This document shows positions 12,401 through 30,600 of a stretch of DNA of 64,000 nucleotides, in pieces (position 1 is the stretch's first letter; each line of letters begins with the position of its first letter). The notes below the pieces were generated by a model. It ran no database searches. It was given only the letters and a program-made list of their open reading frames with translations, and was not told the origin of the DNA. The position numbers and the translations under genes were made by a program. The DNA is taken from positions 35,154,001 to 35,218,000 of the forward strand of contig NC_088803.1 of NCBI RefSeq assembly GCF_011386835.1, read 5' to 3'. Source of the DNA: Chrysemys picta bellii (taxonomy: Eukaryota).

Positions 12401-14671
12401 AGGGATAAGAAGTTGGCAAGGACATACTATCTTTTAACAGATAAAGACCCATCTTCCTGGCACTGACTGAGATATAGGGAGTAGCTCCCAAGGAACCAGG
12501 CAAGGCTCATGGGAGCCCTGCTAAGGACACCGATCCCAGATCTGGGCTGGGGAGATGCAGATCCTCTTTAGGTGCATTTATAGTGTGATGATGTGACTTG
12601 CCCATTACCCAGAACTGCCTAGATGAGGCCAGCCTAGCGTCCTGGGGTGTAGCAAAGACATTGCGTAGACGGCTCTTGCTCCAGATGACTGCTCAGTACT
12701 CTGAAATCCTGATCGTTTTCCTCACTGCACCAGTGGGGCCATGTCACTAAACCAGATTTATGGTGAAAAAGGAAACATATGGATGCGGGGCCCTGGCAGG
12801 TCCCTTCGTGTCACTGTGGGCAGAAGAAACCATCAGCCTCCAAGTTTGGTTCTCTTCAATGTATGATGATGCCACCCATCCACGACTCCCAGCTCCTATT
12901 TGCTCTGCCGCTTAGAGGCTGTACACTTTCCGTGACCCTGGCTCCAACTAGAGCAGGGTTCCTCTCCTCAGTGTCTGTTTAGCATCATTACAGCAGCTGC
13001 AGGAGAGAATATTCCCAGGAAGAAGAGGCTGTAAACAGCTTCTGGCTAAACCTCAAAGCAAGGCCAAGGCTCCAGCCCCACCACTGCTATTCCTGTTGCA
13101 GCATGGGGAGAAGGTGCCACAAACCCCAGACCAGAGCACAAGATTGTAGCCATGTGGGGCTGAGAGGGGTTGTGACTGTTGCTTCTCTATTTAACGCCCT
13201 TCTTTGTTCGGTCTTCAGAATTTTGACAGCTCAACCCCGAAGTTGGCCCCTGTAGGGCAGTGTTGCCAAGGGATTTCTATAATTCTACATCCAAGTCCTC
13301 TGACAATTATACTACAGAGGTAACAGTAACAGCTTCATCCTGCTAGAGAAAGTCTCCAGCCCAGTGCAGGTTGCTGAATGTGACCCAACCCCCCTCCCCC
13401 CCAAAAACCCCAACCCCATGTGGCCAATCGGAACCTGCTCAGAGCTAAATGAATCATTCATAACTTTGGCCTCTCTTTCTATGAATAAATTTTGGTCTGT
13501 AGCTGATTCTCTGAGTATCACTGTGGAAATTCAAGATCTTTTGATCAGCTACATGTCAAGTGATACATTTCTGCTCCAACTGGACGAGAGCGACTCTTGG
13601 AATCAGGATCCAGGGTAAATAATCACAATTACACTTACATTTTCTTTCCACAAATATTCTCCAAGATTCCATTAAAATTCCGTTTTAGCAACACTCCAGA
13701 GCAGTTATCATACTCCTGGCAAGTGAACACCAAAGGACTGAGTCCAACCTCCAAGAAAACATATGGAAAACTTCAAAGAAGTATTTGGGATCGTTTTTTC
13801 AGTTCTCTGCCTTGAATAACGAATGCCAAAAACTGAAAGATGCACACATCTGCATTCACACATTCATATGAGCTGTCTGTGCACAAATCAGATCCTTGTG
13901 CCTTTGTACCCATTTACTCCTCGTGCCCTCCCTAGAGCCAGAACCCTGGGAGAGCTGCCCTTCTGCCAAATCTTTCAGCCCCTGGGGAACAAAGACCCCC
14001 CACCTCACTGCAGTTCCCCATGCTAAGTGAAATGTAATTAAATCTCATACTTCAGAACGTAAACTGATCCAGGCAGGGGTCAGGCAAGACTTTAATATCT
14101 ATGTGCAGCATTGCCCCATTGGCAAGGGCCACGCTGTGGAATTGTTAGCTTCTCCTGAAGTCTCATCGACAGGCACTGACTACTGCTGCATGCAGGACAT
14201 ACCCATGGCCTGGTTCAAAATGGCAGGCGGTGAGATATTGGAGTAGATAGGATCAGTGCTCTGCTCAATTCTGTGCAATCCTTCAATTGTGTCTCCACAC
14301 TCCTCTATGTTCACTCTCCAGCTGAACTTTGAGAGTTCCTTGCTGACTCCAGCCCCTGCAACTCTTATGCTGACCTACTCCTGCAATGTCACTACCAAGA
14401 AGGGAGGACAACTGTTCATTTATGATGGTTACCAGGGCAACAAAAACAGATCTGCCATTGAAGTGGAACATTTCCAGGCAAGGGGATAAGAGTGTACTTA
14501 GCCGAGAAGCCCAGTTCCACAGCTGGCCCAGGAAAAGATCCAGGAGTGAGAACGACTGTCCCTACAGGGCAGGGCTGACATGGGAGGCTAAACCAGGGGA
14601 CAGAAGAAGCTGGAACCCTCTACCTTTCAGCTACAAAAAAAGAACAGCACAGGCCTACAAAACAGCTCAGA

Positions 14672-14677
14672 TTTATT
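14672..14677 (-). terminator. Probable PIGT polyadenylation signal (AATAAA)
   Basis: Plus-strand TTTATT about 310 nt downstream of the PIGT stop codon. Confidence 0.55.
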
Positions 14678-14985
14678 TCTGGTACCTTTTTACAGAACAT
14701 AAATTACCCCTCCCCAGAACAGGATTATCACACCTCTTTCCTGATCACTTGGTTCTGCACTTCCCTGTGATCACAGAGCTTTGGGACTACAATTCCCAGC
14801 AGGCTCTTAACTGGTGGAAGTTATCCCTGCCGTCTTGGCTTCAAGGGCTCCAAGAGACAGAGGTACATGAGGCAGCAGGAGATAAGGCAGCAATGTTTTC
14901 CTGTCCTCTCACAATCTCCCTGCAAGTCCTGGCTGTAGCACCTCCCACTGAAGCCCACATTACATGCCCACTGCATTGGATTCTC

Positions 14986-21983
<6,998 letters not shown>

Positions 21984-22140
21984 CCTCCACACTTCCGCTT
22001 CCGGCCCGCTCACCCAATGGGGAGGCACTTCCGGCACCGACCATCGCGAGCCTGCCGGGAAAGGCGGGGGCGGGTCGAGAGGGTTGCTCAGGGACTTCAA
22101 GCAGAAACGGGGCGGGGCCTTAGTTCAGCCCCGTACCAGC
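21984..22140 (-). promoter_or_regulatory. PIGT CpG-island promoter
   Basis: Tandem ETS/GABP-type sites ACTTCCGCTTCCGG at 21991-22004, CACTTCCGG at 22026-22034, CCAAT at 22014-22018 and a GC box GGGGCGGGGC at 22109-22118. These lie directly upstream of the PIGT ATG in CpG-rich DNA. Confidence 0.75.
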
Positions 22141-22820
22141 AGCGTCCCCGTTGCCGCGGTGACCCTGAGTCCCCCAGCGCGCATGACGGGGTCTGGCGCG
22201 GCCGCGGGGGGGCACAGGCGCGACACACGTGCCTGTCGCGGGGCGCGCGCCGCTGCACCCCCTGGGCTTGGCCTCTCGCGCAGGGAGTTGGACCCATGTG
22301 GCTCGTCCCTTTCACAGCCCCCCATACACACTAGCACAGGGGGCGCTGCGGGCAGCTCCGGGTCTGCACGCCGCTCTCCTCAGCGGGGAGTCCCCGCTCT
22401 GGCCTGATCAGCCCTTGGGGCCGGGGAGCCCGGTTAGTGTTGCTTTCAGTGGGACATGGGCCCACCGAGAACTGACAGGACGGCGACCCACCAAGGGCCT
22501 CACGCGGGCCATGGGGCAGCGACAGAGGGGGGGCTTTGGGTCACCTTCCAGCCTGCTCTGGGACTGGACTGGATCTGATGCAGTGCCTTAGGTGCAAAAT
22601 GCTCCTTATCTTATTCCCTGCCCCGAGCTAGTTAGTACCCCTAACCTAGAGTCACACTGGAACTTGTTCCCTAGAGGTGAAGGCCTCTGGACCCCGTTGC
22701 CTAACTGCAAAGACAGATTCTCTGGCCTGTCCCAGTTCTGTGGAGTTGTCACCTTTCTTAGCTATGGATATTTTTTTGGGGTGGGGTGGGGTGGAATATA
22801 AATCAACATCTGTTTTTCAA

Positions 22821-23032
22821 AAAGAATAGGAGTACTTGTGGCACCTTAGAGACTAACAAATTTATTAGAGCATAAGCTTTCGTGGGCTACAACCCACTTC
22901 TTCGGATGCATCCGAAGAAGTGGGTTGTAGCCCACGAAAGCTTATGCTCTAATAAATTTGTTAGTCTCTAAGGTGCCACAAGTACTCCTATTCTTTTTGA
23001 GGATACAGACTAACACCGCTGCTACCCTGAAA
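22821..23032. mobile_element. Penelope-like terminal-repeat insertion forming a perfect palindrome
   Basis: 10-bp direct repeat TGTTTTTCAA at 22811-22820 and 23033-23042; 92-bp arms 22817-22908 and 22909-23000 are exact reverse complements. Confidence 0.9.
22870..22947. ncRNA. Two back-to-back hammerhead motifs (22870-22909 minus, 22908-22947 plus) with variant core CCGAAGA
   Basis: Each strand reads GCAU-CCGAAGA-A-GUGGGU(UGUA)GCCCAC-GAAA-GC-UU-AUGC. Confidence 0.7.
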
Positions 23033-24431
23033 TGTTTTTCAAGGTGATAGAACATGGATTATCCTGTGAAAATGAGTATTTTCTGATATCATATCAGAGC
23101 CAACTGGGGTCCATCTAAACCAGTGGCTTGTCTCTGACAGTGGCCTGTAGTAGATACTTTTGCAGTTGCTAAAAACACACAATAGACAGTTATGTAATAA
23201 TTTGCCCAAAGAGGAAGTTGCTTCCTAATACTGAAAGCTAATCATGGTGTCTGCTGTGAAGCTGGAAGGTTTATATTCTATAGACATGTTTACCTTAATA
23301 TATATATGGATATACATCCACCTAAGCACCTCTGAAAGCTGTGTAGGTAACTGAGTGCAGATGCCAGAGTCCATCAGTAGGAACAGGGTGTACTCTCCAC
23401 TTTGCCTTGCTTTTTTATAAATTTTTTTTACATGAAGGTAATGGCATGGAAATTCCAGTTCTAGGAGTGTGTTTGGGTTTTTAGGGCCTTTGTCACTTGC
23501 TGTCTAACATTCTACTGCTTGCTGCTGTGGCCAATATATCTGTGGTTTAGCACTGGGATTACTTGTCTAATGAATATCCTCCGGGCACCGTGTCCCTGGG
23601 TTTTGAAATCTGTTGAAAATCTCATTCTGGAGCTGTCAGTATGGATGACAGCAGACCTGACCACTTCCCTCAGCACTGAACAGATGGAGCGATAAAGCAG
23701 ATTCTGACCCTGGCAAACTTTCCCTTGTTTGAAGGGCTTGGTTAACAGGCTTATTGGCAGTTATTTAATTTCTTGTGGAGCTGGGATGTTGAGTTTGTTG
23801 CACTGTACAAGTGCCGGCACTTTTTGCTCTCTGTGCCAGTGTGAAACAACATCTCACCAGGCCTACTCTGCGAGAACATGTTCTTATTTTCTACAGGGGC
23901 TGTGTAGGCAATCATGTTTAATTCCTGCACTCATTTTTAATGTCTAATTACATTCCCCACTAGAGGGCAGACACGACACACATTTGAACCTGAAATTTTA
24001 TTGAACCATTAACCCCATGACTACATTGCAATCTCCTCAGAGTTAATGGATTATACAACACAGGGCAGGTTTAGCATCTCACTAAGAATAGTCTGACCTG
24101 CCTATCGGAGCATGGTGCAGCCTTTCAGCAAAGCTTTAACATATGCTAAAGAGCAGGATCTTACATTATAGGGTAGACACAGTGCAAGAGACCCCCCCGG
24201 TCCTGCCCTGCTTATCCTTAACTATATATAAAAGCTAATCACATCAGTTTGTATCTCAGTCTCTCAGCCAGATAAGCAGCCAAGACAAAGTGCTGTGGTT
24301 TTTCCCAGTAGATGTGTATGTAAAAAATCATTCCTAAAATACCACAGTCCAAACTTGTATCATTTCTGCCATTTCCAATGTCTGGGGCATATGCTGAATT
24401 CCAGAGTTCCCAAATGAACAAAGATAATGAA

Positions 24432-25148
24432 TGAGGCTGCGAGTCTGTCACGGTGGTCACGGATTCCATGACTTTCTGTGACCTCTGTGACTTCTGCAGC
24501 GGTTGGTGCTGGCTCAGGGGCTTCCCAAGCCGGGCAGCCCCTGGGCCAGCAGCAGCACTTTGGGTGTGTGGGAGGGGGCTCAGGGCTAGGGGCAGGCATT
24601 GGGAGGAGCGGGGGGCGCATACCTTGGGGCGAGGGGGCTCCCGGCTCCCACTGGCATGGCCCTGCAGCTTCTAGGTGATGGAAGAGCCAGGGGGCTCCGC
24701 ACGCTGCCCGCAGGCACTGCCCTCTCAGCTCCCATTGGCTGTGGTTCCCAGCCAATGGGAGCTGCGCAGCCGGCACTTGTGGCGGGAGCAGCGTGCGGAG
24801 CTCCCTGGCCCCTCCGCCGCCTAGGAGCTGCAGGGACATGCAAAGTTGGGTAGGTAGCCTGACAGCCCCACCAACCCCCCACCTCCTTCCCCCCCAGCAC
24901 CAGCAGGGATCCCGGGCTGTGCATTGCTGTCCCCCCCAGAACCAGTGGGGGTCCTGGGCCACCTCCCCCAGCACCCATGGCACCCCCCGGACCGCCTCCC
25001 CCAGAGCACCCATGGCCCCCTGCCCAAGTTTTAGTTAGGGGTATACAGTAAAGGTCATGGACAGGTCACAGGCTGTGAATTTTTGTTTGCTGCCCATGAC
25101 CTGTCCATGACTTTTACTAAAACTACCCATGACTAAAACGTACCCTTA
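24432..25148. mobile_element. hAT-type non-autonomous DNA transposon
   Basis: 8-bp TSD ATAATGAA (24424-24431 and 25149-25156). Termini and subterminal sequence are shared with 32617-33348. Confidence 0.85.
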
Positions 25149-25487
25149 ATAATGAATACTATGATCCACACAAAATGTTCAGAGACAAGTCTCCTATGTT
25201 GGAAGTGCTCCCTCCCTAAGTATTGATGGGGGTGCAGGAGAAGTTCAGCAAGCTCATTTAGGGCTTGATTCTGCAACGTGCAGAGCACGCTGGCTCTTAT
25301 CTAGTGAAACACTTATGCTTAAGGTTAAACACATGCTTGTGAGTAAGCCCATTAACTTCAATTGGCTAGCCACCTGCTTAAATGTTTATGCTTCTCTACA
25401 TCAGGGCCAAAGTGCTCCACACCTTGTAGGAACAAGTGCTTGCTCAGAAGCCCATATGGAATCTAGACACATGAGCTCCGTGCCAGG

Positions 25488-25593
25488 CAGGGCTTTGGAG
25501 CTGTGCTCTGGCTCCGCTCCAGGCAAAAACCTGCAGTTCCACTGCTCTGGAGCTGCTCCGCGCTCCAGCTCCAGGCTCCGCTCCAGAGCCCTG
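25488..25593. mobile_element. 106-bp hAT-type MITE
   Basis: Terminal inverted repeats CAGGGCTTTGGAGC / GCTCCAGAGCCCTG; 8-bp TSD GTGCCAGG. Confidence 0.85.
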
Positions 25594-27671
25594 GTGCCAG
25601 GACTTTGTAAAAGAATGCGAGGGACTCCAGGCCTAGGAGATTGCATGGGAGCTGCAGATGCTGCACAACAGAAGGTCTTGCTCGAGAATGTTTTGAACCA
25701 CACCCAACAGCTGGAGAACACTTGCCACCATTCTGACTTGCAAAGGCACAAACAAGCACTCAGTGCAGCCCCAAGCAATACCCCAAAACTCACAATGTAT
25801 GCCCAGCCCTAGCCCAAAACCACTGAGACCTGGAAGAGCACTCCTGTAATGAACATGCCAAACTTCTCAGCACAGGAGTGGAGACTTGCAGTACTGGAAT
25901 CCTTCAGCTACGCATGAGCCAGGATGGCCAGAGGCACTAGACACAAATTCTCTGGGCTTAGGAGACTCCCTGCACCACTCTGTCCACAGACTGCTGCAAA
26001 CCAGCTGAAATCAGGGTCCTGGGGGCAGTCCTCGCTCAGCAGCGGCCATTCATTTCTTGGATTTTTCCATGGGTTTAGCTGATTGCTAGGACTATATTTG
26101 TGCTGCCCCCGTCTCTCGGGAGTTGCCAATCTGCTGAGTCACTTCCTCTTCTCAGACCTTTCTTTTCCCTTTATCCTCTTTCTCTGGAAAGTGCTTTATG
26201 AGGCAGTATAGTGGACAGAATGTGACTCATCTGCACCTGGCTTTTCGTTTGATGATACTTGGGATGCTAAATGCTGCAGCCAGGGTCCAACAGTGTCTAC
26301 TAGTATGTGTCTAGCTACGCAGCTCTGAGTGCTCCCTGGGAAATGGCCTGGATCTAGAGCAATTCCCAGCCTCTGTTATTTATATACCAGACTCCTCTCC
26401 TTGAGGATGCTCCACTTCCGTCATGACAGTGACTTTGTTTTTCCTGTTACAAAGTCTCCTTGTGGCCAAAGCTTTCCTGTATTAGATCAGATGGTGGCAG
26501 TAGCACGCCTCCCTAAAATGGTGATGCAGCCACATCTGTGTGTGGCTATGCTCATTCCCCAGAGTAGGAAGAGGGCAAGACAAATAGCCAGCAAGGAGGG
26601 GGGGTCAAAGTGACAATCTGTTCTTGTAACACAGCTAGCCAGAGCTCCAACAGCCATGCTGGGTATTCTGCTGTTGCTGCACCTGATAATTGGTGCTAGA
26701 AGGGTCATACAATTCATGGGGAATTGCTTGAACACACTCATGGGATCATGTTACAGATCACAGTGCTCCCACGCCCACCAGCCCTGCGGGTTTAGTGTGG
26801 GAATCAGTACATTCTCACTGCGGTCTCAGGCTGTCTCCTCTGTAAGCACAAGTGCAATCAAAGCCCTTTGAAAACGCAAAGCACCATAGAAGTGCTCAGT
26901 ATTATTATTGGGATGGGTTGGTGATTTGCCCCATTAACCCCCATAGTTCTTCTCAGCGGCGGGTAATGAGGACTATGCCACTTGTATTTATGTTGGGCAG
27001 AGGAATGGCCACTAGATTGGGCTGGCGCCTGGTCTGGGAACGAAGTTAAGACCCTTGTTCTCCGGCGACTGAGAAACTTTGGCTCATCTGCTACTGAGGT
27101 CTTGTCCTTGGTAGTATGGCTGTAATTGCTTCATCCCCTGCCTTAAGCCTGTCTCCCCTCCCTGAGGCTCTCCTCTTCCTCATTCTGCAGCCGCTTCCTA
27201 GGCCAGCCCCTCATCCCCACCAACCACCAGTCATTCATGGTTCTCCAATAACACACACCATCCCTACAGCTTATTTGACGGGAGGGTAATTTCTCTGTAG
27301 GCTCTTGTTACACATTTGCCTAGAAGGGGGGGTCTCACTGGGACTGGGGGGTGCGATCCTGCGGGGAGGCCTTGTCAGGAATGGGCACAACTGAGGCCAT
27401 GGCTCGTGTAGCAGTTCAGGTGAGTGAAGCGGGAGAGTTAGTAGCAAAGCCTGAAGAGTTAATTTCTGAAGCACTACACTACCCCTCTGTTTCTGCACCA
27501 CTCTCCTGGCTGACTGAAGAACGTGCTGAGGGAAGCCGTCTCTCCGCTCCTTGGGATGAGGAGACAGCTCAGGTTGTACTGAGCAGGCGTCAAACAACCA
27601 GCAGCCTTCCTTCCTCTCATGCTGGCAGGTCCATGCGGAGGGTGGATGAGGAGAGAGCAGGGAGCCTGCTG

Positions 27672-30600
27672 CTAGCTTCTGGCCGCCTGCGCTTCAGGAC
27701 TGTCCTCCTGGGGTTCATCCTCATCTGACTGCACCACGGGGGTCTCAGCCCCCTCCTCGCTGGTGTCCAGGCTGTTCAGGTCTGTGGACACAGAAGATGT
27801 GGACGAGATCCGGGATTTGATCTCAGCCGCATTGGGCACTTGCAGGGTGATTTCCTCCTGGTAGTGGCTGGGCTCTGCCCAAGGAGAGAGGCAAGATTAG
27901 CAGAAGAAACCAACATGCTAGCATCTTTGCAGGCCTTGTGCCCAGCCCCCTTCACCTCCACCATACCCCTCTGCAGGCAGGCTGGGCCTTCATCCCTTTC
28001 CCAGCCCATCGCAGGGGCTAGATATGTGCAGAGCGCCATTTCAGCAGGGGCAGCGACTCTGGTACACAATGTTTCTAGGCCCTTTAGGAGGAAAGGAGAT
28101 GAGGCTGGAACTATCCCTATCAGGAGAGGTGAGGGGTCGGTGGGAGTCACTGGGCTCAAAATTCTTATTGTCCATGAGCAGAGAGACATGAGCCGGCCGT
28201 AAGCAGGACTGAGCTGCTGAGCTACCGATCCCTTAGCCCGACTTTGATCCCCAGCACGAGCCAGGCTGCAGCCAGAGCCGGGTCTCCTTCCCCAGTCCCA
28301 GACTTTGGCAGCAGGGCATGTGCCTCACATTCCTTCCCCATTTTTGGCAGTGGAGCCTTTTCCGTCTCGCTTGTAAAATTCCAGCTTGGGGCCTTCATGG
28401 GTGAGGCCGTTTAACTGGCACAGAGGAGAATCTGCCGCTAAATGGCTTGACTCCTTCTCAGAGTGACTCATTCTCAGAGTCTCTGCAAGGAGCGCAGTAT
28501 GGGGTGATCAGGCTGCCGATGCCGCCTCCTCCCCCATTGGGGTCCCCCTCTCCAGGCAATGAGCTCAACACAGGGTAACTGGGGTCTGCAAGGCTCCCCA
28601 CTCCCCATGTGAGGAGCCCAGCCTGGGGCCACCACGGTGCTGACACTGCCCCCAACAGGGAGCTCAATGCAAGACAGTCAGGGTCTTGGCACCCCCACAC
28701 TTTGTGCAGAGAGCTCAGCATGGGCAATCAGAGCCCAGGGGAGCGTGAGCATGTGAGGAGTGCGGCAGGGTGTGATGGGACAGTGGCTGCTCTAGAGCAG
28801 TTTGGGGGGACAAGAATTCAGTCTTACAAACCCTAAAAAGCTCAGAGTGCACATCAGCCCTGGAAAACTTGGATCCATAATTCTCTGCTCCCAGCAATGG
28901 TGGCTGTAGTGTAGACAGGGGACAGTGTTTGTACAACAGTACCCTTCCCTAAGATTAGATGTCGTGATGCTGAAAATGCCTGTGCCCTTTCTACTCGGCA
29001 GCCTCCATTGCTCATATCGTCGATGGAGCTGTACTAGCGGAGCTGTGCTGATGTGAACTTTTCCAACCCCACAGGCCAAAGCCACAAGTTTGTTGCCCTT
29101 CAGGACTGAAGAGAATCACAGCAGGGCTTGGACTGGATCGAAGAACTGACCAGCTGGCGTGAAGGTTGGGGGGACAGCAGGGAGCAAACAAGGAGGGTTG
29201 CGAACATACCTGGCAGGAGACCGGCAACATTGTTATCCTCTGTCCCGCAGCTGAGAAACACGTCCATGGTGTCCTGGTCAGAAAGGTCCATCATCTCCAT
29301 CTGCTCCAGCATGTCCACATTCACCTCCATGGAGGAAATGCTGCCCAGCGGAGCTGCAGAGACACGGGCCAGAAAACAAGGGAGGGCCCATCACTAGTGC
29401 CAGCCAGATGAGAACCTATTAGCCCTGGACCAGCAGCACTGAGAAGCCGATGCCATGGGAGGCCAGCTTGTGGGACTAGTCTTCTGGCTTGCTTATAGTG
29501 TGAGCTCTTCAGGGCCCTTATCTTTATGACCTGTTCAGGGTTCTATAAATAACAGGTCACCCCCTCCGCACTGCCTTCCATCCCATTCTGTGTGTGACAG
29601 ACACCTCCCCCTAGCCCCGGGCGGGCGGCACTTACGTCTCCTGTGCTCTATCTGCAGGTGGGACATGGGGAAGAAGAAATCCACATCATGCTGGAAAACC
29701 TCCTCAAAGAACTTCTGCCTGTCACGTAATTTGAGCTGCTGCTGCATCTGCTCTGGCTCCAGTCCCCGCTGCCCATGCTCCATGTCAGCTGTAGAGGAAC
29801 AAGGTGGAAGATCAGGCACAGGCTAGATGCAGTCAGATGGGGCATGGGAGATCAGCCCAGGCCAAGAAGGGCTGCATAAGTCCACCCTATTCCTTCTATC
29901 AGTGTCCTGCAGGATAGGTATTGCTCTCCTGCTCTACTTTATCCATGAGGGTGCATTGTGATTTGGTAGCAATGGAAGAGGTATTACAGGCCATGGAGCT
30001 TGCTCCAGCAGTGCAATCTGTGCTGGGGGCCACTGCTACTGACTCTGCTACTGTGATACAGACCAGTCTGGTGCCCACAGCTGCAATGACCGTCTCATAC
30101 TTTGGGCTTCCCCACCTTCCTTCCAGGGTTCTCAAAGCACTCTACAAACTTTAACTCGCACCCCCTCCGTGAGAGGGGATTAGTGTTCTGTTATCCCCAT
30201 TTTCCAGAGAGGGAAACTGAGGCACGGAAAGCAGACATGACTTGCCCAGGGTCACCCAGTATCAGAGCCAGGAATAGAACCAAGTCCTCCTGACTCACAA
30301 GCCTCTACTCTAACCACTAATCAGCGGTTCTCAAACTGTGGGTCGGGACCCCCAAGTGGGTTGCAACCCCATTTTAATGGGGTCACCAGGGCCAGTCTTA
30401 GACTTGCTGGGACCCAGGGCTTGGGCTCCGTCCCCCTGTCCGTCCCCCACAGGGCAGTGGGGCTCAGGCTCCAACCCCCTTTCTTCCCCCACCCGGGGCA
30501 GCAGGGCTCAGGCTCCGGCCCTCCACCCCCGGGGTCATGTAGTAATTTTGTTGTCAGAAAGGGGTTGCGGTACAATGACGTTTCACTCCTGCCTTGCTTG

